Below, piece by piece: positions 18,987 to 28,391 of a DNA stretch of 51,638 nucleotides. The stretch covers positions 1 through 51,638 of the forward strand of contig CAZMRK010000030.1 in the NCBI GenBank assembly GCA_964568355.1, in the 5' to 3' direction. The position numbers and the translations under genes were made by a program. Below the pieces are notes generated by a model, which was not told the origin of the DNA, searched no databases, and worked only from the letters and a program-made list of their open reading frames with translations. Position 1 is the stretch's first letter. Each line of letters begins with the position of its first letter. This DNA comes from an uncultured Solibacteraceae bacterium. GTDB lineage: Bacteria > Acidobacteriota > Terriglobia > Bryobacterales > Bryobacteraceae.

Positions 18987-19274
18987 AAGGGCCATGAAGG
19001 GCAATCATGAAAGCACCAAAAAAGACCTACGCGGGCATGACTGTCCTTTCCGAGCGGCCGGCCGACGATGGATGGCCTGAGGACGCCGGCTCATGGCCAA
19101 CTGGCGGCACCTCGCATCCGGTCAGTTGGTCCGACGTTTGGGGTCAGGGAGTCAGATGGCCCTCTTTCTCGCAGTTCCTTAAGTCCTTATTGCAAAGGCG
19201 CGATCGGAGATAGACGTCCTTTTAATGGCCACGCAGGAATAGCAGTACATTCGCCGGGCGTCGGTGAATGATTG

Positions 19275-19309
19275 GTCGGCACAAGATCTCTACAGTCCTT
19301 TGTGCCGAC
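19275..19309 (+). promoter_or_regulatory. perfect 10-bp inverted repeat upstream of the NmrA-like gene (operator or RNA hairpin)
   Basis: GTCGGCACAA (19275..19284) and TTGTGCCGAC (19300..19309) are separated by a 15-nt loop. The repeat ends 54 nt before ATG 19363. No T-run follows it. Confidence 0.4.
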
Positions 19310-19362
19310 TACGTACGGTTACCAAATAAGAGCCAAATGGCAGCGAACTAAGGAGGTTCGTA

Positions 19363-20124
19363 ATGAGTATGAAGATTGTGGTGATTGGTGGAACCGGCCT
19401 TATCGGTTCAAACCTTATCGGAAAGCTGACGGCGGCCGGCCACGAGGCTATCGCGGCTGCTCCCAGCACAGGGGTCAACACTCTCACCGGCGAAGGGCTG
19501 GCGGAGGTTCTCAAAAATGCCGCGGTTGTCGTTGATGTCTCGAATTCGCCCTCGTTCGAGGAAAAGGCGGTGATGGAGTTTTTCCAGACCTCTACCCGCA
19601 ACCTGCTTTCCTATGAAGCCAAGGCGGGTGTGAGGCATCACGTCGCACTGTCGGTGGTAGGAACAGATCGTCTGCAAGAAAGCCCATACATTCGCGCCAA
19701 GATCGCGCAGGAGAAGCTCATCAGGGAATCGGCGATTCCGTACTCGATCGTTCACGCAACGCAGTTCTTCGAATTCGTGAAGAGCATCGCTGATACGGCG
19801 ACCGCCGGCAGCCAGGTTCGCCTGCCACCCGTGTTCATCCAGCCCATCGCCGCCGAAGACGTAGCCACGGCGGTCGCGAAGGTTGTGGTTGGCGCACCAC
19901 TGAACGGCATGGTGGAAGTGGCGGGGCCGGAGCGATTCCAGTTCGACGAGTTTATCCGGCGGGGTCTCCGCGCCCGCAATGATTCGCGCGAGGTCGTTGT
20001 CGATCCGAATGCCCTATATTTCGGCGCGAAGCTAGGGGAACTGACCCTGGTCGCCTCGGGCGATGCGAGCATCGGCAAGATCCGCTTCGAGGAGTGGCTC
20101 AGCCCGGCGATGGCCGCACGGTAG
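19363..20124 (+). CDS. NAD(P)H-binding NmrA-like / atypical SDR protein
   Basis: AAGGAGG lies 6 nt upstream of the ATG. MKIVVIGGTGLIGSNLIGKL is a Rossmann motif. Confidence 0.88.
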   Translation: MSMKIVVIGGTGLIGSNLIGKLTAAGHEAIAAAPSTGVNTLTGEGLAEVLKNAAVVVDVSNSPSFEEKAVMEFFQTSTRNLLSYEAKAGVRHHVALSVVGTDRLQESPYIRAKIAQEKLIRESAIPYSIVHATQFFEFVKSIADTATAGSQVRLPPVFIQPIAAEDVATAVAKVVVGAPLNGMVEVAGPERFQFDEFIRRGLRARNDSREVVVDPNALYFGAKLGELTLVASGDASIGKIRFEEWLSPAMAAR

Positions 20125-20231
20125 TCAAGACAATGGCCCTGCTTCTCCACAAGCAGGGCCATGCGACCCGCAGCGAAAGCCAAGACGAGGGGCACACTCT
20201 AGGCACCGCTATCAAAATGGAAGGGCATATT

Positions 20232-20582
20232 ATGCAGACGAATTCGCAACGAACAGACGTAGCAATGTCTCCCATCAAATCCGAGGTTCTGAAAGAGAAC
20301 CAATTTCATGTAAACGCAGTGCCTCCGGGTTCGGCGGTACTGATCGGAGACGTGATGGTGTTCCATGCCGCGGACGGTTTCTGTGCCACGCAGGCCAACT
20401 GTCCGCACAGGCAACGTCCGTTGAGCGAAGGCAAGTTCGACGGAGCAACCGTGACGTGTCCATGGCATGGCTCCCAGTTCAATGTGTGCACTGGCGCCGT
20501 ATTGCGTGGTCCTGCGGTGGATCCGCTCAAGACGTATCGCGTGACGGTGGAAGGCGAAATCGGGCAAGTTGTACGGGCGTGA
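20232..20582 (+). CDS. Rieske [2Fe-2S] ferredoxin-type protein
   Basis: CPHRQRPL...CPWHGSQF forms the CxH...CxxH cluster ligands. The ORF opens at 20094, overlapping the upstream gene. ATG 20232 is preceded by GGAAGGG. ATG 20217 and ATG 20265 are alternatives. Confidence 0.8.
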   Translation: MQTNSQRTDVAMSPIKSEVLKENQFHVNAVPPGSAVLIGDVMVFHAADGFCATQANCPHRQRPLSEGKFDGATVTCPWHGSQFNVCTGAVLRGPAVDPLKTYRVTVEGEIGQVVRA

Positions 20583-20601
20583 CTCCGGAGACGACGCGAT
20601 T

Positions 20602-21960
20602 CTACTCGACGGGGCTGATCTCCGGCGCCGCTCCGAGTTTACGCCGGAAACCACCCGTGAGCCGGACGGCGTGGATCACTCCCGCAGCGCACCAAATGGT
20701 GCCAATCACCTTGGCAGTGTTGGAGAGGTGTCCGAATACATAAAGGCAGGCAAGGAAGCCGGCCGCTGGAAGCACAAGGTTCCAAAGAAACGCCGCCCTG
20801 CGGCGCTGGCTCTGTTTCAGGAAGAAATGAATGATGACGCTCAGGTTCACACTCATGAATCCGAGCAGTGCCCCGAAGTTGATGGCTTCGGCGGCCAACT
20901 GAAAAGAGAGCAAAAAACCTCCGCAAAGGGTAAGTACGCCAATGGTGAGGATGCCGTAGGTGGGGGTGGAGTACTTGGGATGAACGTAGGCGAAGATGGC
21001 CGCGGGCAGCAATCGATCGCGGCCCATTCCGAAGAGGAGTCGCGACGCACTGGCTTGGCCGGTGACGGCACTGGCCACTCCGGCAACCAGCAGGACGAAC
21101 GAAACCGCCACGAACAACGCATGACCTCCGACCAGGCGGGAGACATCCAGGAAGGCAGTCTCGACGCTGGGATAAGTAGTGAAGTCCGGCCAGACGAGCT
21201 GTCCCAGGTATGCTTGCAGGACAAAAAGTCCGCAGGAGATCAGACAAACCAGGACAGTCGCCCGGGCGATGTCCTTCCGCGGGTTGCATGCGTCCTCGGC
21301 CAGGGTACTGATGCCGTCAAAACCCAGATAGCTGAATGCCGCGATTGAAGTAGCCGCCATCACCGCGGCGAACGAGAACTCCGGCTCGTTGTAGAACGGC
21401 TTGACCGTGAGGAGGACGCCTGTTCCGACACCAGAGCGAACGGCGCGGATCGCCGCGAAAACGAACCAGATCACCGATCCCGCCATGACGGCCGTCATGG
21501 CGAAATTGGCGCGGTTGGTGACCTTCAAGCCGAAGAGATTGACGGTCGTGATGGCGGACGCGAAAAAGAGCACCCAGATCCAGTACGGCACCTCCGGCAC
21601 GAAGCGCATCGCGGTCAGCGACATGTAGATCACGCTCATCAGCGGCATGAGCACGTAGTCGAGCAGCATCGTCCAGCCCACCAAGAATCCGGCGATGGGG
21701 TGCATGGTTTTCCGAACGTAGGTGTAGGCGGAGCCGGCCGCGGGAAACGCGCTCGCCATCCGGCCATAGCTGATGGCCGTGAGCGCCATGGCGGCCATAG
21801 CCAGCACGTATGCCAGGGCCATGTGCCCCCTGGACACCGTGCTCACGATGCCGAACATGGGAAATGGCGCGGTAGGACCTACAAAGGTGATGCCGAACAG
21901 GACCAGCCCGGGAAGCGTCAGGACCTTTCTGAGTTGGACCGGTTCGCGCTGCGGGCTCAC
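20602..21960 (-). CDS. APC-superfamily amino acid/polyamine permease
   Basis: LTLPGLVLFGITFVGPTAPFPMFG...AFPAAGSAYTYV is the typical APC N-terminus and many TM segments follow. The track ORF extends to 22311 inside the upstream gene. GTG 21960 overlaps the upstream TGA (GTGA). GTG 21984 is an alternative start. Confidence 0.88.
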   Translation of the reverse strand: MSPQREPVQLRKVLTLPGLVLFGITFVGPTAPFPMFGIVSTVSRGHMALAYVLAMAAMALTAISYGRMASAFPAAGSAYTYVRKTMHPIAGFLVGWTMLLDYVLMPLMSVIYMSLTAMRFVPEVPYWIWVLFFASAITTVNLFGLKVTNRANFAMTAVMAGSVIWFVFAAIRAVRSGVGTGVLLTVKPFYNEPEFSFAAVMAATSIAAFSYLGFDGISTLAEDACNPRKDIARATVLVCLISCGLFVLQAYLGQLVWPDFTTYPSVETAFLDVSRLVGGHALFVAVSFVLLVAGVASAVTGQASASRLLFGMGRDRLLPAAIFAYVHPKYSTPTYGILTIGVLTLCGGFLLSFQLAAEAINFGALLGFMSVNLSVIIHFFLKQSQRRRAAFLWNLVLPAAGFLACLYVFGHLSNTAKVIGTIWCAAGVIHAVRLTGGFRRKLGAAPEISPVE

Positions 21961-23288
21961 ACTCCTCCTGCTTCGATTCCGCACCAGCGGACCACGAAAT
22001 GAGCCAGTACCTGGGTAGCGCGCCAGAGAGACTCGATTTCGACAAATTCGTTCGCTTGATGCGCGTTCGCTCCGGACGGACCCCACATGAGCGCGGGAGT
22101 ATCGAAGCAGCGCTGGAAGATGTACATATCGCTCGGCGCGTCCATCCCCTGCACGCTGGCGCCTACGTCCAGCGAAGCTGCCGTTTCGGCAAATGTGGTG
22201 ACCAGAGGAGATTGTGGCGGTATCGAGCACCCGGGGAGCCAGCGCATGGGCAACTCGACCGTGGGTTTTTGCCGGAACAGGTCCGGCCGGGCATCCAGAG
22301 TCTCCTGCCACCAGGTGAAGAATTCCCCCTCGACCTCTTCACGAGTTTCATCCGGCATGGATTGCCAATAGATCTCGACGCGGCAGCGCTCCGGAATGGC
22401 GATGGGCTGCTGCCAGCCCCACTTGCCCGTCGCGACGTTAGTCACCCACACGGCGAATGGCTCCTTGGAGTTGGCATAGTAGGCGTCCACGGCCACGCGC
22501 TGCTCCCGCCTCCTGGCGAATTCGGGTAATCGTCCCAGTACGTAGGTGAGCTGGTCGATGGCCCGGGCCGGAGGCTTTTCCGAAGGAAGGATACCACCTT
22601 CGCCCGAGAGCAGGATGTGGATGGTTCGTCCGCCGCGCTGAGCCGGGCAGATGTTCAGCGACGTGGGCTCCCCGACGACTGCGGCATCGGCCTGGTAGCC
22701 CCGCAACCTGGCGGCGAGAGTGCCGTTCACGCCGCCGAACTCCTCGTCTACTACCGTCTCGAAGATCAGGTTGCCTTTGAGCTTCCAGCCCAGGCCAGCG
22801 ATCAGCCGCAGCACGGTGAGATTCATCGCGACACCGGCCTTCATGTCCCACGCACCACGGCCGAAGAGCCGGCCTTCGCGAATCGCGCCGCCGAATGGCG
22901 GGTAGTCCCAAGGGACCGGCGTATCGGCAGGAACCGTATCGATGTGGCCGGAGAGGATCAGCGACCGGCCGCCGCCGCTGCCCTGGAGCACGGCGTTCAC
23001 ATTCGGGCGGCCGGAGTATTCGCGGCCCGGCCAGTACTCCGGATGGGATGACAGCTTGCTGACCTCCGCGAGGTCGTACAGGTCAGGCTGCAGTCCGCAG
23101 CGGCGAATGCACTCCGCCACGTACACCTGGCAGGGGCGCTCGTTGCCTCCCGGAGGCAGGTTCTCCGAGGGGATGCACACCAGGTCCTGCAGCGTCCGTA
23201 CCAGTTCCGGCCGCAGGTCGGCGCATGCCCGATCCAGGGCCTCCGCAACGTGCGCGGACATCACGCCGGGATTCGAAATACGTGCCAT
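21957..23288 (-). CDS. M20-family metallopeptidase / deacylase (ArgE/DapE/ACY1 type)
   Basis: LILSGHIDTVP, GRGAWDMKAG and ETVVDEEFGG match the metal-binding and catalytic motifs of the M20 family. Confidence 0.88.
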   Translation of the reverse strand: MARISNPGVMSAHVAEALDRACADLRPELVRTLQDLVCIPSENLPPGGNERPCQVYVAECIRRCGLQPDLYDLAEVSKLSSHPEYWPGREYSGRPNVNAVLQGSGGGRSLILSGHIDTVPADTPVPWDYPPFGGAIREGRLFGRGAWDMKAGVAMNLTVLRLIAGLGWKLKGNLIFETVVDEEFGGVNGTLAARLRGYQADAAVVGEPTSLNICPAQRGGRTIHILLSGEGGILPSEKPPARAIDQLTYVLGRLPEFARRREQRVAVDAYYANSKEPFAVWVTNVATGKWGWQQPIAIPERCRVEIYWQSMPDETREEVEGEFFTWWQETLDARPDLFRQKPTVELPMRWLPGCSIPPQSPLVTTFAETAASLDVGASVQGMDAPSDMYIFQRCFDTPALMWGPSGANAHQANEFVEIESLWRATQVLAHFVVRWCGIEAGGV

Positions 23289-23311
23289 GCTCGGTTCTCC
23301 ATCGGATCAGA

Positions 23312-26300
23312 CTAGAACATCTCGCAGATTTTGGTTTCACCCGCAGCCACCGAGATCGTGTCACCGGCCGTGGTTGTCTCGCTTCTTAGCTCCCGAAGCC
23401 TGCTAAAGAACCCGGCGGCGGCCCTGACTCGCAAGGTCGCCGGTTGCGAACCGAGATTGACCACGTACATCAGCTTTCGATGCGCGGTTTCGACAAAGCG
23501 GAACTCTACGTTTTCGGGGATGCCGGAGTCCTGTGTGGTCAGGCGCACCGGCCTCGCCACACCTGCCTGATCGAACAGGGCATTCAGGAGCCTGGCATAT
23601 GCCCTCTGGTCAAGCGACGCGCCGGAGTAGTAAATTGCTCCTTTGCCGCGGTCCATGCTGACGATGGCAACACCGCCGTCCGGGCTTGCGAAGAGGCGTT
23701 CGGCTTTGCCGGTAGTTTGAATCCTCTGGCGGACCCCGCGAGTCCGAAGCGGCCCGACGGCGCCGGCCATTGCTATACCGGGGGCGGGGGCGAGCGTCAG
23801 TGGAGCGTCATCCGCGAACACCACGTGACGGGAAAAACTCTGGTCGTAGCCTTGCACCAGGGTTTGCCCACCGGTCGCCTTCGGCATCTGCGTTTCCTGG
23901 ACGCGAATGCCCAACTCACTCAAGTACGGTGCGGGTCGGTTGTATTCGTCTCCCAACAGCGAGTCCGGGGTGATCAGGACGTGTCCGCCGCGCGCGGCGT
24001 AGTCCCAGATCTTCTCGACCACATCCGCAGGCAGATTGCGTACGCCCGGAACCAGGAGAAGCTTGTAACGATCGAGCCATCCCTTTCGGATCTTCCGCTC
24101 CGTGACGAAGGTGACTCGGGTATCGAGGAACTGGCTCGCCCGATAGGTCTTTTGCAGTTCCGCGAGATACGGAGTCGTGTTCCACGCGAGCATTTCGGGA
24201 GGCAACTGCAGGGTGGCTGTCTGAGAATACAGGATCGCGACTTCAGCCGGCATATCGACGAATGCCGCGATCTCGTTGTTCAGACGCCGTGCGTCGAGCG
24301 CGGCCCGCAACAGTTCGTCGACGTCCGGGAGTGGGTACATCCAGCCATGGGCCAGAGATGATTCGTTGTTGCTGTGGAATTCGTTCGCAGGCTGCGCCGG
24401 CCAGTGCCAAAGCTGCAGGACCGACTTCCCGTGCAGGACGTGCGGCAGCAGAAATTTGACGGCTCCGAGACTCATCTCGGGATCGGCCAGGGGCTTCTTC
24501 TTTTCAGAGAGCGCCATCTGCAGATCCATGCCCATGGTGGATCCGCCGCCTTCGTGGATGATGAGATCGTCCACCTCGTTCACGATCCGCTCTTCGTCAA
24601 TGCCCGACGTTCCGGTGTGTCCGGAGAGCATGCTGGAACTGCCTCCGGCCGCCAGGGGCATAGTCGGATCGATCTTGCGAATCACGCTCTTCACCCATAA
24701 CAGGTGGTCCGTGAATCTGTCCTGGTTGAAGCGCGCCCAGTCGTACCACAGCGCGCGATTCGTGCCGGGCAGCGGTCTGGCATTCTGAACCGGGGGAGCC
24801 GTCACGTCACCGAACTGCTTGTACGTCGTGCCCCATTTGTCGTTGGCCTGCTCGATGGTGCCGTGCTTAGCCTGGAGCCATTTCCGGAACATCTGCTGGC
24901 TCCGGTCGCAGTAGCAGATGTACATGAGTTCGTACGCCATGATGTTGTAGAGCAGCTCCGGACTGGCGTGGAACTTCGGGATGTTCAGACGGATGTACTC
25001 TTCGATGGCTTTCCGGATAGCGGGACTCTCCAGGCAGATCACCGTGTTTTCCATCTTGCTGACGCCCATGGAGTCGAGGTCGCGGACCAGATGTCCGCAC
25101 CATCCGTCCCAGCCGACGCGATGGCTGTCCGGGTCTTTCTGAAAGACGGAATAGACCGGTGAACTGTCGATGGTCCATCGCGAGCCGCCGCCGACCGAAT
25201 AGCTTTCGATGTGCTGCATCGGTGTGGCGAAAAAGCGCTGGAGCAAGCGGCTGGGCGAGTGCAGCGAGAGGATCATCATCGGCTGGCCGCGATCATCGAT
25301 GAAGAAGGAATCGCGGATCGGGCGGCCTTTGAGCGGGCCGAACGGCCGGATGATGGGTTCACCTACCTGGGTGTCGTCGACCTCCGGCAGCCGCTTGATT
25401 CCCTGGATAGTGTCTTCCAGTCCACGCCGGGCCCCCCGACAGAGGTGGGCGACGTAGGAAAACATAGCCCGCTTGGAATCGTCGTTGTTGAACCACGCCA
25501 GCCGTGGGCGGATATGCAGTCCCAGATCCGCCGTGACCAGGTGGCGTTCCGCGTAGATGGTTTCGATTCCCTGTGTCTGGGCCACCTGGATCGTCCTGGC
25601 CAACAGCGCCTGTTCTGCCTGAGCGTCCTTCCGGAGGGCAGTCACGTCGGCCGCTTCCGGAACTTCCTCGGGCCGAGCGACCTGGCGAACCGTGAAAAAG
25701 CGGTCGCGGATCAGCGTGACGGTATCCTGGGGCTGGAGCCTGGATGCGGTTTCGCGGGGCTCCTCTCCCGCGACCAGCCGGAAATTGTCGAGATAGAGCG
25801 CGAGAGGAGAGCCAATGCGCTCGGCCAGCAGGGAGAGCCCGCGGATCCGTTCCTTGTCGAGGTTGCGATCCCGCGATGCGGTCGGCAAGGCTTCCAGCGA
25901 CAAGTCCACGTGGTTCCAGCCGTGCTGCAGAAGGATCTTGTTTCTGGCCTCGTAGTATCGGCGCGCGGCCTTCGGTCCAGACTGCATATGCGGGTCGTCG
26001 GAGATTCGCAGCGTCAGCGTCGCGATGCCGTTTCGTTCGGAGTAGACGTCGAACAGGAGCCGATCGTAGCCGCGCCAGTCGCTTGGGATGGCCGTGGAAC
26101 GAATCTCCGCTTTCCGGCTACCGAATTGTACGAACGCGGCGCTCACGCCGTGGGAAGCGTGCCGGCGCGACAACTCGATTCCGTTCCAGCTTGCGGTGGA
26201 TTGCGGATTCTCGAAATCCTCCAGCACGAGTACTCGCCCCGGGCTGGACTGGCCGGGCAGGGAAGCCACAGCGAAGCAGAGAGGAGCCCATCGGAAGATC

Positions 26301-26332
26301 GCCAGGACCGCGGCAGAGATCGTTCGAGCCAT
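23312..26332 (-). CDS. large secreted protein, GH42-like glycoside-hydrolase architecture (TIM-barrel-like region plus GATase1-like domain); function uncertain
   Basis: Signal peptide MARTISAAVLAIFRWAPLCFAVASLPG. WYDWARFNQDRFTDHLLWVKSVIRKIDP is GH42-like. YKLLLVPGVRNLPADVVEKIWDYAARGGHVLITPDSL resembles the GH42 trimerisation-type domain. I could not assign catalytic residues by eye. Confidence 0.7.
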   Translation of the reverse strand: MARTISAAVLAIFRWAPLCFAVASLPGQSSPGRVLVLEDFENPQSTASWNGIELSRRHASHGVSAAFVQFGSRKAEIRSTAIPSDWRGYDRLLFDVYSERNGIATLTLRISDDPHMQSGPKAARRYYEARNKILLQHGWNHVDLSLEALPTASRDRNLDKERIRGLSLLAERIGSPLALYLDNFRLVAGEEPRETASRLQPQDTVTLIRDRFFTVRQVARPEEVPEAADVTALRKDAQAEQALLARTIQVAQTQGIETIYAERHLVTADLGLHIRPRLAWFNNDDSKRAMFSYVAHLCRGARRGLEDTIQGIKRLPEVDDTQVGEPIIRPFGPLKGRPIRDSFFIDDRGQPMMILSLHSPSRLLQRFFATPMQHIESYSVGGGSRWTIDSSPVYSVFQKDPDSHRVGWDGWCGHLVRDLDSMGVSKMENTVICLESPAIRKAIEEYIRLNIPKFHASPELLYNIMAYELMYICYCDRSQQMFRKWLQAKHGTIEQANDKWGTTYKQFGDVTAPPVQNARPLPGTNRALWYDWARFNQDRFTDHLLWVKSVIRKIDPTMPLAAGGSSSMLSGHTGTSGIDEERIVNEVDDLIIHEGGGSTMGMDLQMALSEKKKPLADPEMSLGAVKFLLPHVLHGKSVLQLWHWPAQPANEFHSNNESSLAHGWMYPLPDVDELLRAALDARRLNNEIAAFVDMPAEVAILYSQTATLQLPPEMLAWNTTPYLAELQKTYRASQFLDTRVTFVTERKIRKGWLDRYKLLLVPGVRNLPADVVEKIWDYAARGGHVLITPDSLLGDEYNRPAPYLSELGIRVQETQMPKATGGQTLVQGYDQSFSRHVVFADDAPLTLAPAPGIAMAGAVGPLRTRGVRQRIQTTGKAERLFASPDGGVAIVSMDRGKGAIYYSGASLDQRAYARLLNALFDQAGVARPVRLTTQDSGIPENVEFRFVETAHRKLMYVVNLGSQPATLRVRAAAGFFSRLRELRSETTTAGDTISVAAGETKICEMF

Positions 26333-26350
26333 TGCGCTTCCCCTTGCCCC

Positions 26351-28363
26351 TTATTCCGTTCGCGGGTCTGCTCCCGCGCGGCAGGCTTCGCCCAGGTCGC
26401 CTGCAATCCGGATCGCCTGTTTCCGCCCGTGCAGCCGGTAAATCGCGGACGTATAGGTATAGGCTTCCGGTACAGACGTCAGGGAGACAATTTCACGCGG
26501 AGCTACCATTCCCGCCACTTCGGGAAGGTCGGTGATCCGCAGAATATTGAGGAGCGCCGGCCCCTGCCAATGCGAGGCGGGCGGGTCGTCGAGAATGGTG
26601 CGGGTGATGCGTGGATCGAGAGCCGCGGCGTAAAGGGCAAGCGCGCCCATCTGCTTGCGGCCATAAACCGAGATCTCGCTGATCTGGAGGCCTTCTCCAT
26701 CGACCAGGTAGTCAATCGAGCGGAGAAGATCCCACAGTTGCATGGATTCGACCGTCGTGCCGATCAACGCCGCACTCATTTTAATGTTGGAGAGCTTGTA
26801 GTTGGTGATCCCGGGATAGTCGACCAGCCGGGGTTGCAGCACCAGGACCACATGGTTTGTGAGGACCGGCAGCAGGGGATCGTAATCCACAGGATAAATG
26901 ACATCATCGGTGCCTTTGAGGTAGACGAGCGCCGGAACGGCCTTTCCGGTTGTTTTGGGGACAAAGAGTTCGCCGTTGACGCGAATGCCGTCCTCCGTTG
27001 TGAACTCCACGTGGAAGGACTTGGCATAGCGGGACGTCCATCCTCCCTCCGGAGACTTCCAGACATCAAAGGGCACCTTCGTTGCCGGGAAGGTCCGCAG
27101 GACCTTGTCTTTTATCTCGGCAACCAACTCCGTGCGCCGATGCTGCCACTGCTCGAGTGTTTTCCAGGGGCGCATCTCCGCGGTCTTGATGAACCGCTTA
27201 TGGATCTGCCCGTTGATCGAGTGGGGTGGAAGGTCATGCAGGACCGTAAGATTTTCCGGTGCCTCGCGCTTGATCGTGCCTTCGTTAAATGGGGTGGAAT
27301 CCTCTCGTATCCATCGATTGATCCATTCGTCTGCCCCTTTCCGGAAGGCCGGTATGTCTTCGTGCTGCGAATCGGCCTCGAACAGCGAGAGTTTGTCACG
27401 CGCGCCGTAGATCTCGTAATAGCGCTGTGCCCGCTCATAAGCCTCGTGGTATCCCGCGGGCGGAAAGGATACGTCGCGCAGCGCCCCCAGAATCTGAAAA
27501 GGCCGGGGTGCGATCAGAGCTCCCAGAACAGAAAGATCGTATTGGAAGACGTTGGGAAAATAAATGCAATCGCAGTTCTCTTGAACCGCATCGAGAGCGA
27601 TATGCTGGCCTACGGTCCAGGTGGCGCACACGGAAGCGGCTGCGCGGAACCGCTCATCCATCGCTGCGGTGTACCAGGTGATGGCTCCGCCTCCGGAGAT
27701 CCCGGTGATCGCCGCGCGTTTGGTGTCGATTTCGGGGCGCGTCTCCAGGTAATCGAGCGCGCGGATGGCGTTCCACACCTCCGGCCCGGCAGGCGTATAG
27801 CCGAGCGACAGCCAGTACCACATCCCGAGGTCGTGTGTGCCGTGATGAATCCCGGAGATCTCTCCGAACTCGATCGTATCCAGCAGGAAAGCTGCGTAGC
27901 CGTGTCTCGCAAACCAGATGCCGTGATGCTGGTATTGCACTTTGGCACCCCATGGGCCCGGCGAATGTCCCGACACATAGATAATCGCGGGAGCCGGAGC
28001 GGATAGTCCTTTGGGGAGGTAGAGATTGCCGGTGACAAACAGACCCGGCATGCTTTCCAGCACAATCTTCTCGACGCGATAGTCGGGACGATCCAGCACT
28101 CCGGTGACGCGCGGATGCAAGGGCGTTTTGGCCGGCATCGGATCGAGGCCGAGCGAGTATCGCATATGCCGCAAAACTTCGGGCCGCTTGCGATTCCAGT
28201 CGGCCAGATTGCGGACATCGGCCAAGGCGTTGCGGGTGATCTCCGCGCCTCGCCGGGCCAGGTAGGCCTCAAACATCCGGTACCGCTCTTCGGGAGAATG
28301 CCGCTGTTGCGCGAGGGCGAAGCCCCAACAGGCCAGTACGCACAATAGAAGGCGCGATGTCAT
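26351..28363 (-). CDS. secreted tandem alpha/beta-hydrolase (acetyl-xylan-esterase/dienelactone-hydrolase-like); second copy lacks the Ser nucleophile
   Basis: Signal peptide MTSRLLLCVLACWGFALA. Domain 1 has LYLPKG...PAIIYVSGH...ITGISGGGAITWYTAAMDERF, which carries the GxSxG elbow. Domain 2 has LFVPKT...PALVYLKG...VYGRKQMGALALYAAALDPRI, with Lys at the nucleophile position. Confidence 0.82.
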   Translation of the reverse strand: MTSRLLLCVLACWGFALAQQRHSPEERYRMFEAYLARRGAEITRNALADVRNLADWNRKRPEVLRHMRYSLGLDPMPAKTPLHPRVTGVLDRPDYRVEKIVLESMPGLFVTGNLYLPKGLSAPAPAIIYVSGHSPGPWGAKVQYQHHGIWFARHGYAAFLLDTIEFGEISGIHHGTHDLGMWYWLSLGYTPAGPEVWNAIRALDYLETRPEIDTKRAAITGISGGGAITWYTAAMDERFRAAASVCATWTVGQHIALDAVQENCDCIYFPNVFQYDLSVLGALIAPRPFQILGALRDVSFPPAGYHEAYERAQRYYEIYGARDKLSLFEADSQHEDIPAFRKGADEWINRWIREDSTPFNEGTIKREAPENLTVLHDLPPHSINGQIHKRFIKTAEMRPWKTLEQWQHRRTELVAEIKDKVLRTFPATKVPFDVWKSPEGGWTSRYAKSFHVEFTTEDGIRVNGELFVPKTTGKAVPALVYLKGTDDVIYPVDYDPLLPVLTNHVVLVLQPRLVDYPGITNYKLSNIKMSAALIGTTVESMQLWDLLRSIDYLVDGEGLQISEISVYGRKQMGALALYAAALDPRITRTILDDPPASHWQGPALLNILRITDLPEVAGMVAPREIVSLTSVPEAYTYTSAIYRLHGRKQAIRIAGDLGEACRAGADPRTE

Positions 28364-28391
28364 GACGGTCCTCTACGATTTCGGTTGTTGC

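Noticed and set aside
19007-19271. 68-aa and 67-aa + ORFs in the SDR/NmrA gap
   Set aside because: They are Trp/Gly/Pro/Ser-rich with no motifs or good translation signals. I treat the region as non-coding.
25211-28006. 931-aa + strand ORF, the longest non-annotated ORF in the track
   Set aside because: It is antisense to two minus-strand genes with clear signal peptides and family motifs. It is Arg/Gly/Pro/Ala-rich with no motif, which is the typical shadow ORF of GC-rich DNA.
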